The position numbers and the translations under genes were made by a program. From Balanoglossus misakiensis (lineage: Eukaryota; Animalia; Hemichordata), in NCBI GenBank assembly GCA_040954595.2, contig CM082595.2, positions 6,872,193 through 6,936,192 on the forward strand: a stretch of DNA of 64,000 bases, read 5' to 3'. Below the pieces are notes generated by a model. That model saw only the letters and a program-made list of their open reading frames with translations, was not told the DNA's origin and searched no databases. Shown here piece by piece: positions 46,292 through 58,610 of this stretch (its first letter is position 1; every line of letters begins with the position of its first letter).

Positions 46292-49200
46292 AAATATAGC
46301 TGCAAGCAGCGATGACGGGCCCAAGCTTAAGCCGAAGGTCAAAGGTCATAACTGGTCAGCCAAAATTTGGGCAAGAAATTTTGACCCTATACTGGTCCAT
46401 GTTCAACAAAAATCAAACCTCTAGCCCTATTGGTTAGCCTGGAATTAGGTATGCACATAATTAAAGAGATAAGCAGGTGTCACAGGTGACCCCCAATTTT
46501 GGCTTTTCAAGTTTAGTCCCAACCCTCCAAACGTCAAGTCTGTACCTGCTCTGGATGCGGAGATATAGGACAGTAGGTCAAAGGTCACCTGAGGTCACCC
46601 AAAATTTGGGCAACATTTTTTAACCCCATACTGGTCCATGTCCCACAAGAACAAAACCTCTAGCCCTATTGGTTAGCCTGGATTTAGGTATGCACATAAT
46701 TAATGAGATAAGCAGGTGTCACAGGTGACCCCCAATTTTGGCCTTTCAATTTTAGTCACAACCCTCCAAACGCCAAGTCTGCACCTGCTCAGGTTGCTGA
46801 GATATGGTACAGTAGGTCAAAGGTCACCTGAGGTCATCCGAAATTTGGGCAAGAAATTTTGACCCCATACTGGTCCATGTCCCACAAGAAGAAAACCTCT
46901 AGCCCTATTGGTTCGCCTGGAATTAGGTATGCACATAATTAATGAGATAAGCAGGTGTCACACGTGACCCCCCAATTTTGGCTTTTAAATTTTAGTCCCA
47001 ACCTTGCAAACGCCAATTCAGTACCTGCTCTGGATGCCAAGATATAGGAAATTAGGTCAAAGGTCACCTAAGGTCACCCAAAATTTGGGCAAAAATTTTT
47101 GATCCCATACTGGTCCATGTCCCACAAGAACAAAACCTCTAGCCCTATTATTTAGCCTGGAATTAGGTATGCACATAATTAATGAGTTAAGCAGGTGTTA
47201 CAGGTGAGCCCAAAATTTTGCCTTTTATTGTGGTCCCATTCTGCTCACGGGCCAATAGAGAGTCACTGTACAGGACCATTGCACAGCCGACGTGGACATA
47301 GCGTCATAGCTTAACTATAGAAAGTATAGGCCTATGGCTGGGTCCAAAAATATGAAAAATAAAAAAATCTTCTTCTCAAAATAGACTTGGCCCACGGCCT
47401 TGACATTTGGCATGTAGGATACTGACCACATGGTCCGCAAAAATCGCTAAAAGAATTTTGATATCTCCATTCATATGCAAATTAAGCCCATTTGAAAACT
47501 TTGCCCATATATGGTCATCAGGTCACATGAGTTATTAAACATTCACGAGGGTACTGCACCAGCTCTCATAGGCCTGCACCACTGTGCCAAGTTTGAGATT
47601 TGTAGGTTCAGCCGTTTTCAAGATGTACCATAGCAAAAAAACTACACAAGAAAAAATAGGTGAAAAACCCCAGTAATACCAATAGGGCACAAGCCTGCTT
47701 GGCTTGTGCCCTAAAAAAAAAAGAAGAAAAACCCCAGTAATACCAATAGGGCACAAGCCTGCTTGGCTTGTGCCCTAAAAAGAATATAGCTGCAAGCGAT
47801 GACGGGCACAGGCTTAAGCCGAAGGTCAAAGGTCATATGTGGTCACCCAAAATTTGGGCAAAACGTTTTGATCCCAATACTAGTCCAGGTCCAACAGAAA
47901 CCAGACCTCTAGCCCTATTGGTTTGTCTTAAATTAGATATGCGCATAATTAATGATGTAAAGTGTAAGACTCCATTAATAGTTCGATCCATCCAAACACA
48001 AATGCTGTACCTGTTCTGGATGCCGAGATATAGGAAAGTAGGTCAAAGGTCACCTGAGGCCACCCGAAAGTTGGGCAAAAAATTTTGACCCCATACTAGT
48101 CCAGGTCCAAGAAAAACCAGACCTCTAGCCCTATTGGTTAGCCTGGAATTAGGTATGCACATAATTAATGAGATATGCAGGTGTCACAGGTGACCCCCAA
48201 TTTTGGCTTTTCAATTTTAGTCCCAACCCTCCAAACGCCAATTCTGTACCTGCTCTGGATGCCAAGATATGATAAAGTAGGTCAAAGGTCACTTGAGGTC
48301 ATGCAACATTTGGGCAAGAAATTTTGACCCTATACTGGTCCATGTTCAACAAAAAACAAACCTATAGCCCTATTTGTTAGCCTGGAATTAGGTATGCACA
48401 TAATTAATGAGATATGCAGGTGTCACAGGTGACCCCCATTTTGGCTTTTCAAATTTAGTCCCAACCCTGCAAGCAGCGAAGTAGAAGAATATAGCTGCAA
48501 GCAGCGATGGCGGGCCCGAGCTTAAGCCGAAGGTCAAAGGTCACCTGAGGTCACCTGAAATTTGGGCAAAAACATTTTAACCCATACTAGTCCAGGTGCA
48601 ACAAAATCCAGACCTCTAGCCCTATTGGTTCTCATGGAATTAGGTATGCACATAATTAATGAGATAAGCAGCTGTCACAGGTGGCTCAAAAATTTGACTT
48701 TTCATTTCAGTCCCATCTCTCCAAACGCCAAGGCTGTACCTGGTCTGTATGCCGAGATATCGGAAAGTAGGTCAAAGGTCACCTGAGGTCACCCAAAATC
48801 TGGAGAGAAATTTATGACCCCATACTGGTCCATGTTCAACAAAAAGCAAACCTGTAGCCCTATTGCTTAGCATATTATCCAAAATAATAGCGTAACTATA
48901 GAAAGTATTGGCCCATGGCTGGGCCTTGGAATTTGGCATGTAGAACACTGACCACATGGTCCGCCAAAAGTATATACAGAATTTTGATATCTCCATTCAT
49001 AGGCAAATTAGGCCCATTTGAAAATTTTGCCCATTTATGGTAATGAGGACACGTGACTAATTAAACATTCACGAGGGTACTGCACGAGCTCTCATAGGCC
49101 TGCACCATTGTGCCAAGTTTGAGATTTGTAGGTTCAGCCATTTTCCAGATCTAGCTCACCAAAAAAACTACACAAGAAAAAAAAGAGATTAAGACAGTAG

Positions 49201-49558
49201 AAGAAAAACCCCAGTAAAACCAATAGGGACCAAGCGCCCTCAGGCGCTTGGGCCCTAAAAAACCCAGTCAAAAAGCCTGCTTGGTTTGGGCCTTAATTAC
49301 CGGCCATATTTGGTGCTCCCCCCAAAATGTTTTGTGCACTGACATTTTCCCCCAGAATGTCAATCAGTTTATTTATAAAGCATCTGTTTGGAGCAGAGAG
49401 ATGGCGCTTGGAAATGCCAAAGAAAGTATTGCTGGAGATGTTTCACTTATTATAACATCCATGCAATTCAGGTTTGCCGCTTGCATCATTTGTCATTGCG
49501 GGCTTTACTGAATGGAATCAATAGAATTCCCATGATAGGTTTCTCTGTTGTCCCTTAC

Positions 49559-50752
49559 CTGTCTTTTTGACAATTTCCTCTTCTTGTTCTTGAATCATCT
49601 CATGTATTGGTGGTGTACATGTGGCCTTATCGTCTCTTGACACCTCTCTTTGCTGAAAAAGCTGACGTGTTAATAGTAAATCTGCTTCGTCAAGTTTTTT
49701 TTGTTTTGCTTTGTACAGATCCTCTACTGTGGCTAGTTCCTGTTTAGCATCAGTGAGTTGTGCCCCCAGGATGCAGTTTTCAAGCAGAGCTTTACTTAGC
49801 TTCTCTTCTAGTTGAAGTTTCAACTCTTTGCACCCAACTGTCTTCGCTAGATTTAGCAGATACTGACTGTGGTAGCCTTCTCGCTTTAAACAGTCTAATT
49901 CACTGGGGATCAAGCTTTGAGCTAGTAAACTGGGTGTCTCCTTTTTTGATGACAGAGGATGTAGTTTACGCCCATGGCTGTGCAATTGTTCTGCCAGGTC
50001 TGTAAAAATGGTGGTTTGTCATATATTTTTCACTTTGTCAGTGTAAAGCTTTTGAAGAACATGTCATTATGTTGAGATGATTGGAACTGTTACAAGAAAT
50101 TACCCGGAATATAACCGGTATAGTCCGGGGTTCATAAGCAGTTAAGTCGGATGACTATTAGCCTAAGAAAATATTTAAAAAATAGCAAGCTTATGGTCCT
50201 TCAACCAGCTCCCAGTTCTGAATTTTCTGAGAATTTTCTTAGTCTCCAAATAACAGATAATGCACTATTGTACTGGTCATCCCGTAGGCACAAATCTGAA
50301 TTCTCCTGCTATAGGCGAGTACTCATGATAGTACATACATATATTCTTTAACTGATCACAGCCGCTTCACTGCACTAGCAAAAGAGATGTGCCATCAACC
50401 TAAATGAATGCATGGGCAAAGAGGTCTAGCTTGCAAGCATCCCTGAATGTTCCGGGACTTTGAAATGTGTTGTGCTATTGAATATCATCACAATTACCTC
50501 GGTTAGTCTCTTTTCCATAGCCTGGTTTAATAATAAGGAATTCTGTTATTCCAAGTAATGACAGAACTTCCAGTCTGGATGATAGGATGGTCTGAATCTT
50601 CCCTGTCCACTCTACCACTAACTGTATGATGTCACAGTGTTGCCCTGCCTGCACTGTACACTTCTCTGTTTGGCAAATCTGTTGCAAGTATGTTTCTGCT
50701 GATGACAGGCCTCTTGGTGCACGGTTAGCCTTGAACAGCAGCAGCTTTGTAT
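49559..50752 (-). CDS. Two open phase 1-1 exons (50752-50498, 49999-49559) of an unidentified coiled-coil protein; gene fragment
   Basis: Polypyrimidine-AG acceptors and GTAATT/GTAAGG donors; both stop-free; heptad-rich ELKLQLEEKLSKALLENCILGAQLTDAKQELATVEDLYKAKQKKLDEAD. Confidence 0.5.
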
Positions 50753-52587
50753 CTTCAAAATAAAAATAAAAAATAGTTTTAGAGAATTTGGGATTAGGTG
50801 GAACATTATACGCTATGTGCCGTTAAAACTCTTTGATGGATAAAAACTTGGCATGTTGCGTCTGCAAAGGTGCATGAGCATTTAGTTTTATGTCCGTCTG
50901 ATAACATCCCATATTTTTCTCAAAGTTTTATATCACTAATGGTATTCACACTAATTCTTTTTCTCGTCAATATGAACATACCTACGTTGTTATCCAAACT
51001 GTATTTTACTTACCCATTTGTTCTGACTTCTGACAGTCTTTTGTGCTTAACGTCTTTTGCAGGTTGATCTGGTATGCCTTTGGGTAAATTCAAGAGAATC
51101 AAGGTCAAAATAAATTAAAGCTGCAAGCAGCATTGAAGGGGCCCAAGCATAGAGATAATAACCATTAGACTCCATTCAGGGTTGTACCATTCAAATGCGT
51201 AGGCTGTATTTGCTCTGGATGTGGAGATATGGGGAAGTAGGCAACCACCCGAAATGGATGTCCTACAAGTACAAACACAACAACCAAAAGTGAACTTCTA
51301 CGTTATGTAAGGACTTCAGTTAAGTACTTCAAAGGTCAGCTGAGAGTACCCAAAAATTGGGCAAAAAATTTGGATTCCTATTTGGTTCATATTCAAGACA
51401 ACGGAAAATTCTCGCCCTTTGGGTTTTTAAAATTAGGTATGGCCATAATAATGAGTTACGCAAGTAAGTTACAGGTGGCCCTAGGATTTTGGATTTCATG
51501 ACGGTCCTACCCTACCCCTCCAAACACGTGGCTATATATGATGTGCATGCTAACATATGGAAAGCAGGTCAATGGACACCTGAGGTCATTCAAAAATTTG
51601 ACAGAAAAATTTCATTCCTGTTTATGTCTTGTGCAACAAATCCTACATTTGCAGCCCTTTCACTTTGTCTAACATTAGGTATGCACGTAATACATGAATC
51701 AAGCAGGTGTCAAAGGTATCCCCATGTATTTGGCATTTCATGGTAGTTTCATCACTCCAAATACCAAAGCTGCACCTGTACAACGGGATGAGATATGGCA
51801 CTGTATGACAGAGGTCATCCAAATCACCTTATACATTTGGGCAAAAACCAACTGACACTTACATTCGTCCCTGTGGAACAAAAACCACACCTATCGCCCT
51901 GTTGGTTAGTGTCCAATTAAATGTACAAAATCAATGACTTAGGCAGGTGCAACAGGTGACCCCGCCTTTGGTATATCATTATGGTCCCATCCGTATATGC
52001 CCCCCCCCCCCAAGCCAAAGCTGCATGCATCTGCTGTGGATGCTCACTAAGCAAAAGTAGGTGAAAGGTCACATAAGGTCGCCCACAACTTGACGGGAAA
52101 ATCGGACTTCATATTGATCCATGTGCAACAAATACCACGCTACCACCCCTTTCATTGACCCCACAATTACGCATGCACATAATTATTGAGTTACGCAGGT
52201 GTCACAGGTGACCCCCGAATCGGGTGTATTATTTTGGTCCCATACAGCTGCATGTAGCTGCGTGCCGTTACGGGCGACCTGATAACCCACACGGCCACCT
52301 GCGGGCCGACCCCCATACTGAACGTCCAGTTGCAACATCACGACTGAAGTAGGAACTTTTGAACGGCAACGAAGCCTGATCTCTGATTATTGCTGGTACC
52401 ATACTCCCTTCGTGCAAGAAAATCACTGGTCTGCTGACGTATTTCAGCCAATTTCCCAAACTACTATCCACTACATGTGACTACAATGCTAATGAAACCT
52501 CCCACAACATTAGCGACTTAGGGTCAAAGTCCACTGCCAGTGTAGCCGGGTTTGCGTAGACACATTTGAATGGCAACAGCTAACAAA

Positions 52588-54915
52588 TAATAATAATTCT
52601 TTATTTCAGACTTTTAAAAAAAGTCCATATACCCAAGAAGAAAAAAAAACACTAATGAAAATCTGAAACTGAGACACACACAAAAAAAACTCTGCAAAAT
52701 TACATGATATACAATTGCTTTCGCCAATGTTTGAAAAAATATGCTGTCAGTCGATCTATCTGATGAACAGATCGCATCAAGTAAAACATTAGAAGAATTT
52801 TCGAGTCTACGCTTAAAACTGTACATATTGCGTCTAAAAACTTCACCAAGTGACAATACATGTACATGTTTTGTAGGAAACATCCCCGATGCACTGCAAA
52901 ATGGCGGAAGACCGACAAGTCTTCTCCAAACATTATTGTACATAGTTTTAAATTTTTTCATCGGTTTAACTTTAAAGGATGCCCACAAACTGCAACAGTA
53001 AATATTACTACAATATGCCAAAAATAAAACTTTCTTCACATCTTGACTACAATGTTGAAAATGTCTCAATAGCATGTTTGCTCTAACACAAAATGCTCTT
53101 CTCTGTCGTTCAATATCTTCATTATCACAACCATCACAAGATATAACATGGCCCAGATAGGTGTGTACAGGTACAAACTTTAAAGTGATGTCATTAAGTT
53201 TAACCGAAGGAATTCTTTGAACGCTCATATTCTTCCCATTAAAAAGCATGCACACAGTTTTACTAGAATTATAAATGATATCATAATCCTTGCCATAAAT
53301 TTCACAAATTCTAAGAAGACGGCGTAGACCCTGAATACTTGGATTGAGTAGAGTCATGTCGTCAGCGTAACCTAAAGTGTTAGCGCTGACACCACACATG
53401 GTACAGCCAACTTTGGCTTTACAGAGTGCATTGATAAGATCATCAATGTAGACATTAAAAAGATAGGGGGAGAGTACTCCCCCTTGTCTTACACCGTTAG
53501 AAACAGAAAACAACTCTGAGGTTTCATTACCCCACAACACAGTAAACAATTGATTTCTGTACCAGTAATATAAAATTCGTACAGCATACAAGGGAACATT
53601 CCTGTCGATGAGCTTGTTAACCAGTTTAAAGTGATTAACTCTGTCAAAAGCTTTTGAAGCATCCAAAAAACAAGTAAACACTGGTCTTCCATTGCTGGTG
53701 TAGTAGCTAATGATTTCTTTAAATGCAAATAAACACCGGTCAGTTGAATGTTCTCGCTTGAAACCAAATTGTAAATAATGAGAGGTAAGAAACTCCTCAC
53801 AACGAGAAAGTAAAATATGCTCAAAAACTTTAGAGAAAACAGTTGCTAGTGCTATCAGCCGGTAGTTACTGGCATCACTACAAAGCTTAGTTTTATCCTT
53901 AATAATTGGAACTAAAGTAACTTTGATAGCCTCAGTTGGCAGGTAACCATGAACAATCATAGCATTAATACAACAAGTCAAAATGGGTAAAATAGAGGAG
54001 TCTGAGAATTTGTGGTGCTCAGCTGAAATATTGTCAATGCCAGCTGTCTTATCGTCAGGTAACTTATGTATAGCAGAAATTACTTCGTCTTCAGAAACAT
54101 ACATATCAGAAGAAAAGTTAACATACTTCATTTTCTCCTCGATGTCATTTTTACCAGTCTGAGCCTGGACAGAATTCAAAATATCACTGAAATGCTTGTG
54201 CCACATAATTGCAATTTCACTCTCACCAGTCGCTCCACCTACAGTGTCAGAAAGCGGCGTTTTTCTGCTAGTTTGCTTTCTGACTTCCTTCCAGAAGTCG
54301 TTCTGTTTGTGGCAGCGTAAATTGTCAGCCATCTTGTCAGCCCTATTTTGATTCTCAATCTTTTTACAAGCACGTAAAGCATACCTAAAACGAGCTCTGG
54401 AAGATTTCATGGTTTCAAAAAGCGGGCCTTGTTTAGGTTTACCCCCATTAACCCATAATAAAAACATGGAACGGGCATAGTCGTGACTTTCTTTTACAAA
54501 ATCGTTCCAGCCAGGCACAACATGAACTTTCTGGTGAAACTTACGCCTAATGGTATCTTTTGCAGCACAATTCAATGCGTCCACAATACTACTATAACAA
54601 GTATCAATTGCCTGTAAATGCGAAGGGTCTGTACAGTTCACATTAGTGCAGAATAACTCTTCGGATAAATTAATCTTATCAATCTTGGCTTTGGTACAAC
54701 GGGTGTAGGCGGATACATTCTGCTGTGACAATTTTTTCCAATCAACTCGAAAATTACATTGCTTGAAGGAACTACTGCTGAAGCTTTCATCAGCAGAAGT
54801 GTTGAAATGAACCTCTATTGAAACAGGAATATGGTCGGAGTCAACAACATTGCAAAGACTCGAAATTAAAAGAACATTGCTATGAGAAATTTCAGTGGTA
54901 ACACAGTGGTCAATC
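52588..54915 (-). mobile_element. 5'-truncated non-LTR retrotransposon (RTE/RTEX-like LINE)
   Basis: 3' end AATAAAG followed by an (ATT)n tail at 52588; CAAA TSD at 52584-52587 and 54916-54919; empty site GCTAACAAACTCAGCG near 42909 in the sister element. Confidence 0.88.
52614..54914 (-). CDS. LINE ORF2 fragment: end of APE endonuclease plus reverse transcriptase
   Basis: Open frame from the truncation point: IDHC...DSDHIP (APE C-terminus), VPGWND, QFGFK, FLDASKAFDRV, GVRQGGVLSPYLF, YADD, YLG. The extreme C-terminus is probably frameshifted. Confidence 0.92.
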   Translation of the reverse strand: MDHCVTTEISHSNVLLISSLCNVVDSDHIPVSIEVHFNTSADESFSSSSFKQCNFRVDWKKLSQQNVSAYTRCTKAKIDKINLSEELFCTNVNCTDPSHLQAIDTCYSSIVDALNCAAKDTIRRKFHQKVHVVPGWNDFVKESHDYARSMFLLWVNGGKPKQGPLFETMKSSRARFRYALRACKKIENQNRADKMADNLRCHKQNDFWKEVRKQTSRKTPLSDTVGGATGESEIAIMWHKHFSDILNSVQAQTGKNDIEEKMKYVNFSSDMYVSEDEVISAIHKLPDDKTAGIDNISAEHHKFSDSSILPILTCCINAMIVHGYLPTEAIKVTLVPIIKDKTKLCSDASNYRLIALATVFSKVFEHILLSRCEEFLTSHYLQFGFKREHSTDRCLFAFKEIISYYTSNGRPVFTCFLDASKAFDRVNHFKLVNKLIDRNVPLYAVRILYYWYRNQLFTVLWGNETSELFSVSNGVRQGGVLSPYLFNVYIDDLINALCKAKVGCTMCGVSANTLGYADDMTLLNPSIQGLRRLLRICEIYGKDYDIIYNSSKTVCMLFNGKNMSVQRIPSVKLNDITLKFVPVHTYLGHVISCDGCDNEDIERQRRAFCVRANMLLRHFQHCSQDVKKVLFLAYCSNIYCCSLWASFKVKPMKKFKTMYNNVWRRLVGLPPFCSASGMFPTKHVHVLSLGEVFRRNMYSFKRRLENSSNVLLDAICSSDRSTDSIFFQTLAKAIVYHVILQSFFCVCLSFRFSLVFFFLLGYMDFF

Positions 54916-57900
54916 CAAACTCAGCGTAATTCAATAAAACGCCCTAACACAGCCTGAACTCCGATAATGTGTTGTCCCACTATTCATTCCGTGGAAAATA
55001 ATCACTGGTCTGTTTACGTATTTCAGCCGATTTTTCAAGGACTACTGCAACCCGCCAGAAGTAAGTAGCCTGCTAATGAGATCCCCACAACATTACATAA
55101 TGACGGTCAAAGTCCGATGCCCCAGTGTCCGTCCTCAGCCCACCAAAAAATGCGAAAAAATATTACAAAAATCTTGTTCTCAAAATCGACGTGGCCTAGG
55201 ACCTTGAAATTTGGCACAGGGGATTTTGGCCACATGGTCTACAAAAATCGCGAAAAGAATGTACATGCCCCGATTAACGTGCAAATTAGGTCAATTTCAA
55301 AATTTCGCTCGATTATAGCCACAAAGTCACGTGACTAATTACAAATTCAAAGGGCAGGTGCACCAGTACTCATGGGCCCCAACCACCGTGCCAAATTTGG
55401 AAGGCGCACCGGCCGGAATTTCAGAGAAAAACGGGCGCAAAAAAACGACTCAGGAAGAAAATATAGCTGCAAGACCCAAAAGAACGAAACCTCTAGCCCT
55501 TTTAGTTAGCCCAGAATTAGGTATGCACATAATTAATGAGTTCAGCAGGTGTTACAGGTGAGCCCATAATTTTGCCTTTTATTTTGGTCCCACTCTGCTC
55601 AGGGACCAGTAGGCAGTCACTGTACAGGACCATTGCACAGACGTGTACATGGCGTCATATAGGCCCATGGCTGGGTCCAAAAATATGAAAAACTACTAAT
55701 TTTTAATAAGTCTTCTTCTCAAAATAGACTTCGCCCACGGCCTTGATATTTGGCATGTAGGACACTGACCACATGGTCCACAAAAGTTGCTAAAAGAATT
55801 TCGATATCTCCATTCATATGCAAATTAGGCCCATTTGAAAACTTTGCCCATATATGGTCATCAGGTCACATGACTTATTAAACATTCACAGGGATACTGC
55901 ACCAGCTCTCATAGGCCTCCACAATTGTGCCAAGTTTGAGATTTGTAGGTTCAGCCGTTTTCAAGATCTAACTGAGCAAAAAAACTACACAAGAAAAAAA
56001 AAAAAAAAAAAAAATATAGCTGCAAGCAGCGATGACGGGCACAAGCTTAAGCCGAAGGTAAAAGGTCATATGTGGTCACCCAAAATTTGGGCAAAAAGTT
56101 TTGACCCCATACTAGTCCAGGTCCAACAGAAACCAGACCTCTTGCCCTATTGGTTTGTCTGAAATTAGATATGCGCATAATGAATGATGTAAAGTGTAAG
56201 ACTCCATTAATAGTTCGATCCATCCAAACACAAATGCTGTACCTGTTCTGGATGCCGAGATATAGGAAAGTAGGTCAAAGGTCACCTGAGGCCACCCGAA
56301 AGTTAGACAAAAAAATTTGACCCCATACTAGTCCTGGTCCAACAAAAACCAGACCTCTAGCCCTATTGGTTCGCCTAGAATTAGATATGCACATAATTAA
56401 TGAGGTAAAGTATAAGGCTCCATTAGGAGTTCCATGCCTCCAAATGCCAAGGCTGTATCTGCGTGGGTTGCCGAGATATGATAAAGTAGGTCAAAGGTCA
56501 CCTGAGGTCACCCAAAATTGGGCAAGAAATTTTAACCCCATACTGGTCCATGTTCAACAAAAATCAAACCTCTAGCCCTATTGGCTAGCCTGGAATTAGG
56601 TATGCACATAATTAATGAGATAAGCAGGTGTCACAGGTGACCCCCAATTTTGTCTTTTCAATTTTAGTCACAACCCTCCAAACGCCAAGTCTGTACCTGC
56701 TGTGGATGCCGAGATATAGGAGAGTAGGTCAAAGGTCACCTGAGGTCACCCAAAATTTGGGCAAAAAATTTTGATCCCATACTAGTCCATGTCCCACAAG
56801 AACAAAACCTCTAGCCGTATTAGTTAGCCTGGAATTAGGTATGCACATAATTAATGAGTTAAGCAGGTGTTACAGGTGAGCCCAATATTTTGCCTTTTAT
56901 TGTGGTCCCATTCTGCTCAAGGGCCAATAGAGAGTCACTGTACAGGACCATTGCACAGCCAACGTGGACATAGCGTGATAGCTTAACTATACAAAAGTAT
57001 AGGCCTATGGCTGGGTCCAAAAATATGAAAAATAAAAAAATCTTCTTCTCAAAATAGACTTGGCCCACGGCCTTGACATTTGGCATGTAGGACACTGACC
57101 ACATGGTCTGCAAAAATCGCTAAAAGAATTTTGATATCTCCATTCATATGCAAATTAGGCCCATTTGAAAACTTTGCCCATAGATGGTCATCAGGTCACA
57201 TGACTTATTAAACATTCACGAGGGTACAGCACCAGCTCTCATAGGCCTGCACCACTGTGCCAAGTTTGAGATTTGTAGGTTCAGCCGTTTTCAAGATCTA
57301 ACTGAGCAAAAAAACTACACAAGAAAAAAAAAAAAAAAATATAGCTGCAAGCAGCAATAGCGGGCCCAAGCCAACATAGCACATGGCAACATAGCAATAA
57401 GCATATCTGCTCTTGATGCCATGATATGGTAAAGTAGGTCAAAGGTCAACTGAGGTCATGTTATATTTGGGCAAGAAATTTTTACCCTATACTGGTCCAT
57501 GTTCAACAAAAACCAAAACTATAGTCCTATTGGTTAGCCTTGAATTAGGTATGCACATAATTAATGAGATATGCAGGTGTCACAGGTGACCCCCAATTTT
57601 GGCTTTTCACTTTCAGTCCCAACCCTCCAAACACCAAGTTTGTACCTGCTCTGGATGCTAAGATATGGTAAAGTAGGTCAAAGGTCACTTTAGGTCATGC
57701 AACATTTGGGCAAGAAATTTTGACCCTATACTGGTCCATGTTCAACAAAAACCAAACCTATAGCCTTATTTGTTAGCCTGGAATTAGGTATGCACATAAT
57801 TAATGAGATATGCAGGTGTCACAGGTGACCCCCATTCTGGCTTTTCAATTTTAGTCCCAACCCTGCAAGCGCCAAGTTTGTACCTGCTCTGGATGCCAAG

Positions 57901-58436
57901 ATATGGTAAAGTAGGTGAAAGGTCACCTGAGGTCACCCAAAATTTGGGCAAGAAATTTTGACCCCATACTGGTCCATGTTCAACAAAAACCAAACCTATA
58001 GCCCTATTTGTTAGCCTGGAATTAGGTATGCGCATAATTAATGAGATATGCAGGTGTCACAGGTGACCCCCATTCTGGCTTTTCAATTTTAGTCCCAACC
58101 CTGCAAGCGCCAAGTTTGTACCTGCTCTGGATGCCAAGATATGGTAAAGTAGGTGAAAGGTCACCTGAGGTCACCCAAAATTTGGGCAAGAAATTTTGAC
58201 CCCATACTGGTCCATGTCCCACAAGAACAAAACCTCTAGGCCTATTAGTTAGCCCGGAATTAGGTATGCACATAATTCATTAGTTAAGCAGGTGTTACAG
58301 GTGAGCCTGAAATGTTGCCTGTTATTTTGGTCCCATTGTGCTCACGGGCCAATAGACAGTCACTGTACAGGACCGTTGCACAGACCAGAATTCCACACTA
58401 AGACGTGTACATAGCTTAACTATAGAGGTATATTAA

Positions 58437-58610
58437 AGGTATACTGTCACCTATACAAATTTAGCCACAGTTACCACGGTAAATCGAGATCTAACCAATC
58501 ACAGATTTTCAGTGGGTGGCACACGCAAAAATAAAGCGTTCTTTAGAACACTCAAATACGCCATTTCAACTATATATGGCGATATGTAAATTGGAGGTGA
58601 CCGTATACCT
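58437..58610. mobile_element. TTAA MITE family C inserted in a HINE-like body
   Basis: TTAA|AGGTATACTGTCACC...GGTGACCGTATACCT|TTAA; absent from the sister units near 60250 and 61655. Confidence 0.85.

Larger units (their letters stand above)
34931..49294 (-). mobile_element. Nested array of Helentron/HINE-like elements (middle block)
   Basis: Stem-loop ends at 34931, 36278, 37696, 39169, 40763, 43567, 44779, 46293, 47783, 48488; 21 hairpin caps counted; at least three body subfamilies. Confidence 0.75.
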
